This document shows positions 16,797-22,244 of a stretch of DNA of 22,244 nucleotides, one piece after another. Position numbers and translations under genes: made by a program. How positions within the stretch are numbered: position 1 is the stretch's first letter; the number at the start of each line of letters is the position of its first letter. Location of the stretch: assembly GCA_040830765.1 (NCBI GenBank), contig JBFOMH010000010.1:1-22244 (forward strand). The letters are read 5' to 3'. This DNA comes from Puniceicoccaceae bacterium. GTDB lineage: Bacteria > Verrucomicrobiota > Verrucomicrobiia > Opitutales > Oceanipulchritudinaceae. The notes beneath the pieces are model-generated. The model was not told where the DNA came from. It saw only the letters and a list, made by a program, of their open reading frames with translations, and did not search any database.

Positions 16797-16826
16797 ATAT
16801 AGAAAGAGGCCCCTGGAGGCCTCTTT
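16797..16826 (-). terminator. Hairpin/intrinsic terminator between acpP and fabF
   Basis: AAAGAGGCC (16803-16811), 6-nt loop, GGCCTCTTT (16818-16826). On the minus strand the stem ends in TTT followed by CTATAT. Confidence 0.6.
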
Positions 16827-16853
16827 GCAATTAAAATGGATAATTCGGGAAGC

Positions 16854-17111
16854 TTAGCTTCCGGACTTTTCCTTAACGTAGGCAATGACGGCGCCCACGG
16901 TCTGAAGCTGTTCGGCTTCCGACTCCGGAATTTCACCGTCAATCTCGTCCGCAAACTCTTCTTCAAATGCCATAATCAACTCAACCGTGTCGAGGGAGTC
17001 AGCACCCAAGTCTTCAAGGAAGGAAGCTTCCGGGGTAACTTGCTCTTCGTTCACGTTGAGCTGGTTGACAATGATATCCTTAACTCTTTCTTCGATGCTC
17101 TTATCTGCCAT
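16854..17111 (-). CDS. acpP: Acyl carrier protein
   Basis: 85 aa, acidic, with the [20 protein letters not shown] phosphopantetheine motif. Confidence 0.97.
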   Translation of the reverse strand: MADKSIEERVKDIIVNQLNVNEEQVTPEASFLEDLGADSLDTVELIMAFEEEFADEIDGEIPESEAEQLQTVGAVIAYVKEKSGS

Positions 17112-17148
17112 AGCTGTATATAGGTAAAATTTAAGTGTCGAAATATCC

Positions 17149-17895
17149 TCACATCACCATGCCACCGTCAACTGTAAAAGTCTGACCGGTGATATATCCT
17201 GATTCCTCGGAGGCCAAAAAGGCAACAATATTGGCGATATCGGCCGATTCCCCAAGGCGCTTGAGAGGGATTTGTTGTAAAATCGCCGATGTCACGTCCT
17301 CGCTGAGGACATCCGTCATGTCGGTTTGGATAAAGCCGGGAGCGACGGCATTAACGGTAATACTGCGCTTGGCGTACTCCCGGGCCAGGCTCTTGGTAAG
17401 GCCGAACATACCGGCCTTGGCGGCTGCATAGTTGGCCTGGCCGGCATTCCCCATGAGGCCGATGACCGAGCTGATATTGATGACCCGTCCCCAGCGCTTG
17501 CGGGCCATAGGCTGCATCAGGGCGCGGGCCCAGTAGAAACAACTGTTGAGATTGGTCTGGATTACCGCATCCCACTCTTCGTCCTTCATCCGCATGATCA
17601 ACATGTCCCGGGTAATACCGGCATTATTGACCAGGATGTCGATGACACCGTGTTCCTTGATCAGTTGTTCGGACAAGGCCTTGACGGCTTCACTGTCACT
17701 GACATCGACGGCATGTGCCTCGGCCGAGCCGCCAGATGCCTGGATGGCTTCCGCCGCTGCACCGCAGGAGGCGGGATTCTGGCTGACACAGATGACGTGG
17801 ACGCCCTGACGGGCCAGTTCCTCGGCAATGGCCTTGCCAATACCGCGACCAGCCCCGGTGACCAGCGCTTTCCTGTTTTCAAAGGTTAACTGCAT
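17149..17895 (-). CDS. fabG: 3-oxoacyl-ACP reductase
   Basis: [41 protein letters not shown] and VDGGM. ATG at 17895 (MQLTF). Confidence 0.96.
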   Translation of the reverse strand: MQLTFENRKALVTGAGRGIGKAIAEELARQGVHVICVSQNPASCGAAAEAIQASGGSAEAHAVDVSDSEAVKALSEQLIKEHGVIDILVNNAGITRDMLIMRMKDEEWDAVIQTNLNSCFYWARALMQPMARKRWGRVINISSVIGLMGNAGQANYAAAKAGMFGLTKSLAREYAKRSITVNAVAPGFIQTDMTDVLSEDVTSAILQQIPLKRLGESADIANIVAFLASEESGYITGQTFTVDGGMVM

Positions 17896-17949
17896 GGGAA
17901 AAGCAAACGGGAGGATGCTGCTGGCTGGCAAGACTAAGTTTACAGTCGC

Positions 17950-20391
17950 CTAGCGCCGGACCTGCATCCCCTCAGCCGCATCCAGGTCATTTTGAATGAG
18001 CTGGAAGACCGTATTGACTTCCTTGTCGTTAAGCGTCCGGGAGGGATTTCGGAAACACAGCTTGCAGGCCACCGAAACATGCTCCTCCGGCAATCCCTTG
18101 CCGGAATAGATGTCAAAAACTTCAACAGATTCGAGCGTCATTTCCTCTCCAACCCGAGATTGAGCTGCGGCGTGAATCGCTTTTTGCACCTCGCCAGCCG
18201 GAACGCTGCGGGGAACGACAACCGCCAGGTCGCGGATAGCTGGAGGGAAAAGGCTGAAGGACTGAAATGACTTACGCGCCTTCGGCTTTTGCAGGAATTC
18301 CGGCAAGAAGGAGACAACACCGGCCAGGACGGGGCTGTCGATATCCCATCCCCGGGTCATGCCGACATCAAGGAGGCCAAAACTAGCCTCCCACCCATCT
18401 GCCGTGGAACCGATCTGGGCGGCCTGCCCATCCTGCCAGGCTGGTTGGCCGGACAAGTTCTCAATCTGCCAGTTATTGACCAGGATTCCGGCGCCCTCCA
18501 AAAGGTCGGTTACAAGACGGGAAGTCAGGTAGAAGTCGGGCTTGCCCTCCTTTTTCCAGGACAACCGGCCTTCCTGAAGGATCACGAATGCCACACTGAA
18601 GCGTTCATAGACCTTGCCATCCACTTCCTGGAAGACGCGGCCGCACTCGAACAGCCGCTCCACCTGGTTATGGCGGGCGAGATTCAGCTTGAGGCAATCG
18701 AGGAGCCCGCCGAGGAGGCTATTCCGCAAATGGGAGGCATCACTGGCCAATGGGTTCGCCAAGGCGAGGGAATCACTGGCGCCACGCTGGTCCCAGTGGG
18801 CCAGATCTTCCTCGCTGCGAAGCGTGTAGTGGAGGGTTTCCTGGAAGCCCTTGCCCGTGAGGATGTCAGTCGCTACCCGCTGGTAGACAGGAACCGGATC
18901 ATCATCGGACAGGGTAACAGTCGCCTTGACCGTGCTCTCCGGAATGCGGTCCGAGCCATACATGCGGATGACTTCCTCCACCAAGTCGATCGGACGGTAG
19001 AGGTCCTGCCGGTGACTGGGGATATCGACCCGGAACAGCATCTTGCCCTCGGCATCTTCAGTCTCGGCAATCCCCAATTCCAAGGCGGACAGGGAATCGG
19101 CAATTTCCTCATCGGAGACGGTGAATCCGAGTCGTTCCCGGACCCAGTCCGGCGAGAGTTCAATTTCCTTTTCCACCATGGGTGCTTCCCCCGTAACCAG
19201 AGGCGGCCCCAAAAGTTCACCGCCAGCCAGTTCCTGGATCAAGTCGAGGCACCGCAGGGCGGCATATTCAGCACCTTTCGGGTCCACACCTCTCTCGAAG
19301 CGGTAGGAACTATCCGTCGACAGGCCGAGTTGGCGGCTGGTCCGGCGAACCGACCGGGCATTGAAATAGGCGGATTCGAGGAAGATATCGGTGGTGCCGT
19401 CATCCACCTCGGCATCGACAGAACCCATGACTCCAGCCACCACGAGGGCTCGCTCGCCGTCAGCAATGACAAGGTTTTCCGGATCCAGCTGCCGCTCCTT
19501 TTCATCAAGGGTGACAATCTTCTCCCCTTCATTGGCCTTCCGGACAACGATCCGACTGCCTCGAATCTTGGCCACATCGAAAGCATGGAGGGGCTGGCCA
19601 GTCTCATGCAGGACGTAGTTCGTCACATCGACGACATTGTTGATCGGACGCAGGCCAATGGCCGTGATCCGCTTCTTCAGCCAGTCCGGACTGGGTGAGA
19701 TTGTTACTCCCCGGAGGCTGTAGCCACGATAATGCGGACACAATTCCGGTTCCGGACACTCCAGTGATTCGACAAGTCGACCTTCCTCGGCGGTGTTGGG
19801 ATTCACCTTCAATTCCGGGTAGCGCAGTTCGCGCTTAAACCAGGCTGCCAGCTCACGGGCAATGCCCAGATGACTCAGGGCATCCGGCCGGTTGGGGGTG
19901 ATCTCGATGTCAAAGACAGTGTCCCCTTCCGGGTAGATATCGTTAACCGGCGTTCCGATGGCCGGCCGGTCCTCAAGAATGGCAATCCCGGCATGGTCAT
20001 CCCCAATCCCCAATTCGCGCTCGGAACACATCATTCCCTTGGAAACAACACCCCGCAATTTGCTCTTCTTGATCTTGAAATCCCCCGGCAGGACGGCCCC
20101 GACCAAGGCCACGATCACCCGGTCGTTCTGCTTGAAGTTCTTCGCCCCGCAGACAATCGTGCGCGCCTCATCGTCTCCCACATCGACCTGACAGACGGAC
20201 AGGCGGTCCGCATTCGGATGTTGTTCATAGGAAAGGATTTCTCCCACTACGACCTTCTCCAACTTTGCCAGGCCGGCCGTTTCAATGCCCTCCACTTCAA
20301 ACCCGACCATTGTCAGGGCGTGGCTGATCGCATCGACGCTCAGGCCGCCAAGATCCACATATTCGTTCAACCATTCTAAACTGACTTTCAT
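17950..20391 (-). CDS. pheT: Phenylalanine--tRNA ligase beta subunit
   Basis: 813 aa with MKVSLEWLNEYV, HPNADRL, IVCGA, GMMCSEREL, EITPNRPD, NNVVDVTNYV, FERGVD and a C-terminal FDX-ACB domain (RDLAVVV...RTL). Confidence 0.97.
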   Translation of the reverse strand: MKVSLEWLNEYVDLGGLSVDAISHALTMVGFEVEGIETAGLAKLEKVVVGEILSYEQHPNADRLSVCQVDVGDDEARTIVCGAKNFKQNDRVIVALVGAVLPGDFKIKKSKLRGVVSKGMMCSERELGIGDDHAGIAILEDRPAIGTPVNDIYPEGDTVFDIEITPNRPDALSHLGIARELAAWFKRELRYPELKVNPNTAEEGRLVESLECPEPELCPHYRGYSLRGVTISPSPDWLKKRITAIGLRPINNVVDVTNYVLHETGQPLHAFDVAKIRGSRIVVRKANEGEKIVTLDEKERQLDPENLVIADGERALVVAGVMGSVDAEVDDGTTDIFLESAYFNARSVRRTSRQLGLSTDSSYRFERGVDPKGAEYAALRCLDLIQELAGGELLGPPLVTGEAPMVEKEIELSPDWVRERLGFTVSDEEIADSLSALELGIAETEDAEGKMLFRVDIPSHRQDLYRPIDLVEEVIRMYGSDRIPESTVKATVTLSDDDPVPVYQRVATDILTGKGFQETLHYTLRSEEDLAHWDQRGASDSLALANPLASDASHLRNSLLGGLLDCLKLNLARHNQVERLFECGRVFQEVDGKVYERFSVAFVILQEGRLSWKKEGKPDFYLTSRLVTDLLEGAGILVNNWQIENLSGQPAWQDGQAAQIGSTADGWEASFGLLDVGMTRGWDIDSPVLAGVVSFLPEFLQKPKARKSFQSFSLFPPAIRDLAVVVPRSVPAGEVQKAIHAAAQSRVGEEMTLESVEVFDIYSGKGLPEEHVSVACKLCFRNPSRTLNDKEVNTVFQLIQNDLDAAEGMQVRR

Positions 20392-20428
20392 CTAAATTGA
20401 CTCCTCAAATTATTGGTTGCTGGACGCC

Positions 20429-21469
20429 TTATTTGAACTGCGACAAGAGCCGCACGTCGTTCTGGTAGAGGTACCGGATGTCATCGATGCCATAAAGCGT
20501 CATCGCAATACGCTCAATCCCAAGACCGAAAGCATAGCCGGTCCAGACATCCGGATCATAGCCCATTTCCTCAAAAACAGCCGGGTCGACCATGCCACAT
20601 CCCATGATCTCCATCCAGTCCGAACCCACCTTGCCCAGGTGGGCCGACTTCAGATCCACTTCGAAACTGGGTTCTGTGTAACTGAAATAATGCGGCCGGA
20701 ATCGGGTTTCCGCATCGGGCCCCAAGAGGGAACGGAAGAGGTAGTCCAGGTCCGCTTTCAGGTCCCGCACTGTGACCCCCTTATCAACGTAAAGGGCCTC
20801 CATCTGGTGAAAGTTAGCCGAATGGGTAGCATCGGCCGTATCGCGGCGGAAACAACGCCCGGGAGCGATGATCCGGATAGGCGGATCCTGTTCCAGCATG
20901 GTCCGTATCTGGACGCTGGAGGTATGGGTGCGCAGGAGGTAGCGCTCATCCCCCTTGCTGGAAATATTGCCAAAGGTAGCCTCGTGATTCGTGTAATACG
21001 TATCCTGAAGGTCCCGGGCCGGATGGTCCTTGGGGGTGTTGAGGGCGTCAAAACAGTAATATTCGGTCTCCACCTCGGGCCCATCCGCGACGATGAAACC
21101 AATCTTGCGTAAAATGGAGACAATCTCCTCCCGAACCTGGGTGAGAATATGTTGGGTGCCAACCGGTATCTCCGGACTTTCCAAACTGGTATCCACCGCC
21201 GGGCCAATCTTTTGGGCCAGCGCTTCCGCCTCTAACCGGGCTATCGTCTCATCCCAAATCGCCTGTAATTGCTGCTTGTAGACATTGATCAATTTGCCAG
21301 CAACCGGGCGCTCCTCCACCGGCAATTGGGCAATTCGCTTGCTCATGGCGGTGAAACTGCCGTTCGGGCCGCTGATGCGGGCCTTATACTGCTCAAAGTC
21401 AGCAGCCGAGGCCACCGCTCCGATTTCCGTACGCACTGTCTCTAAAATACTCTTAAGTTCCTCTTCCAT
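20429..21469 (-). CDS. pheS: Phenylalanine--tRNA ligase alpha subunit
   Basis: FDALNTPKDHPARDLQDT, LLRTHTSSVQIR, DATHSANFHQME, FSYTEPS and GYAFGLGIERI. Confidence 0.97.
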   Translation of the reverse strand: MEEELKSILETVRTEIGAVASAADFEQYKARISGPNGSFTAMSKRIAQLPVEERPVAGKLINVYKQQLQAIWDETIARLEAEALAQKIGPAVDTSLESPEIPVGTQHILTQVREEIVSILRKIGFIVADGPEVETEYYCFDALNTPKDHPARDLQDTYYTNHEATFGNISSKGDERYLLRTHTSSVQIRTMLEQDPPIRIIAPGRCFRRDTADATHSANFHQMEALYVDKGVTVRDLKADLDYLFRSLLGPDAETRFRPHYFSYTEPSFEVDLKSAHLGKVGSDWMEIMGCGMVDPAVFEEMGYDPDVWTGYAFGLGIERIAMTLYGIDDIRYLYQNDVRLLSQFK

Positions 21470-21487
21470 CGTAAATTCCTGTTGATT

Positions 21488-21526
21488 AAAAAAAATTCCG
21501 CTACCGGAAAAAATCCGGAAGCGGAA
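21488..21526 (-). terminator. Intrinsic terminator (or attenuator) between rplT and pheS
   Basis: Minus strand TTCCGCT-T-CCGGA-TTTTT-TCCGG-T-AGCGGAA followed by T8. It ends 18 nt upstream of the pheS ATG. Confidence 0.75.
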
Positions 21527-21583
21527 GCTGGTAAATTCAACTGACGGGCACTTGATTCCAGTGCCGTGTTGGCAAATTCTGCC

Positions 21584-21946
21584 TCAGGCCTCAGCCAAGG
21601 CGCTTTGCGACTGCTCGACAAGCGCCTTGAAGGCTGCCTCGTCATGGATGGCCAACTCAGACAGCGCCTTGCGGTCCAGCTCGATTCCGGCTTTATTGAG
21701 ACCGGCGATAAATCGGCTGTAGGCAACCCCGTGCTGACGGCAGGCGGCGTTGATGCGGACAATCCACAACTTGCGAAACTCGCGTTTCCGGTTGCGACGG
21801 TCCCGGTAGGCATATTGCCCGGCCCTGTCTGTAGCCTGCTTCGCGTAGCGGTAAAGCCGGCTGGCGTTTCCAAAATACCCCTTGGTCCCGCGCAAGACCC
21901 GCTTGCGGCGTTTCCGGGATGCTTGATGATTTGTTGCTTTTGGCAT
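21584..21946 (-). CDS. rplT: 50S ribosomal protein L20
   Basis: [36 protein letters not shown] and [10 protein letters not shown]. Confidence 0.98.
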   Translation of the reverse strand: MPKATNHQASRKRRKRVLRGTKGYFGNASRLYRYAKQATDRAGQYAYRDRRNRKREFRKLWIVRINAACRQHGVAYSRFIAGLNKAGIELDRKALSELAIHDEAAFKALVEQSQSALAEA

Positions 21947-22017
21947 GTTCCTTCTCTCTTATTTGAATGGCTGCCGGGTCGCCTTGAATTCACCCGGACG
22001 AGCCGCGTTACCGTTGA

Positions 22018-22212
22018 CTAAAACTTGTTCGGGCAACCGATTTTGACAAAGCGCGTCACACCGGCGGAGCAGGACTTGTCCTGGCTCATGCGACGCTTCT
22101 GCTTAACGGTCTTGTTCCGCAGGAAGTGACGCTTGCCGGCTGTACGACGCAGTACTTTCCCGGTACCGGTCACCTTGAACTTCTTGGCAATGGATTTGCG
22201 TGTTTTGATCAT
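22018..22212 (-). CDS. rpmI: 50S ribosomal protein L35
   Basis: [27 protein letters not shown]; located upstream of rplT. ATG at 22212. Confidence 0.93.
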   Translation of the reverse strand: MIKTRKSIAKKFKVTGTGKVLRRTAGKRHFLRNKTVKQKRRMSQDKSCSAGVTRFVKIGCPNKF

Positions 22213-22244
22213 GGGAAAAACGAGCAAGGAAAAGCTGTTCGCCC

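Noticed and set aside
15570..16802. 410-aa ORF antisense to fabF
   Set aside because: It mirrors a highly conserved gene, has no recognisable motifs, and is expected from codon bias in GC-rich genes.
18289..19698. 469-aa ORF antisense to pheT
   Set aside because: Shadow ORF fully inside pheT on the opposite strand, with no domain signature.
21550..21586. SECIS/selenocysteine recoding of the rplT UGA
   Set aside because: L20 is complete at the UGA, no Cys-homologous position exists there, and the hairpins lack a convincing bacterial SECIS geometry.
21442..21993. 183-aa alternate-frame ORF overlapping rplT on the same strand
   Set aside because: It lies out of frame over a conserved ribosomal protein gene and has no motifs. 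Only its short 3' TTG-started portion is retained as a hypothesis.
1..22244. CRISPR arrays, tRNA/rRNA, IS elements, prophage or defence genes
   Set aside because: No repeat-spacer periodicity, cloverleaf, transposase, integrase or nuclease signatures were seen, and the intergenic gaps are short.

Overview
A gene-dense bacterial chromosomal segment with no mobile elements, RNA genes or CRISPR arrays. It is probably Verrucomicrobiota/Opitutales, inferred from the short HemA, the ACP insertion after helix II and a Trp-rich C-terminal module on the first ORF. Plus strand, 1-8812: the 3' part of a probable secreted protein, an M20D amidohydrolase, a YbdK/GCS2 carboxylate-amine ligase, a stand-alone tandem AP2-domain protein, a LysE exporter, a renalase-like flavoprotein and hemH-ccsA/hemX-hemA. 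Minus strand, 8809-10927: a GnnA-like Gfo/Idh/MocA oxidoreductase and lpxB. Plus strand, 11218-14870: a partial arginine succinyltransferase (AST) cluster (M20 hydrolase-astA-astD). Minus strand, 14874-22212: rpmI-rplT-pheS-pheT-fabG-acpP-fabF and a DUF4203-like membrane protein. The most notable observations are: (i) the rplT-pheS spacer, which holds a strong terminator yet is a stop-free, Phe-codon-rich frame joining rplT to pheS in frame (a possible pheM-like attenuator); (ii) a nuclease-free double-AP2 protein with a perfect palindrome over its putative promoter, within a hydrolase/ligase/exporter cluster; (iii) repeated promoter-abutting start codons lacking a Shine-Dalgarno (SD) site; (iv) a Cys-rich insert in HemH. 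All functional novelty claims are hypotheses.
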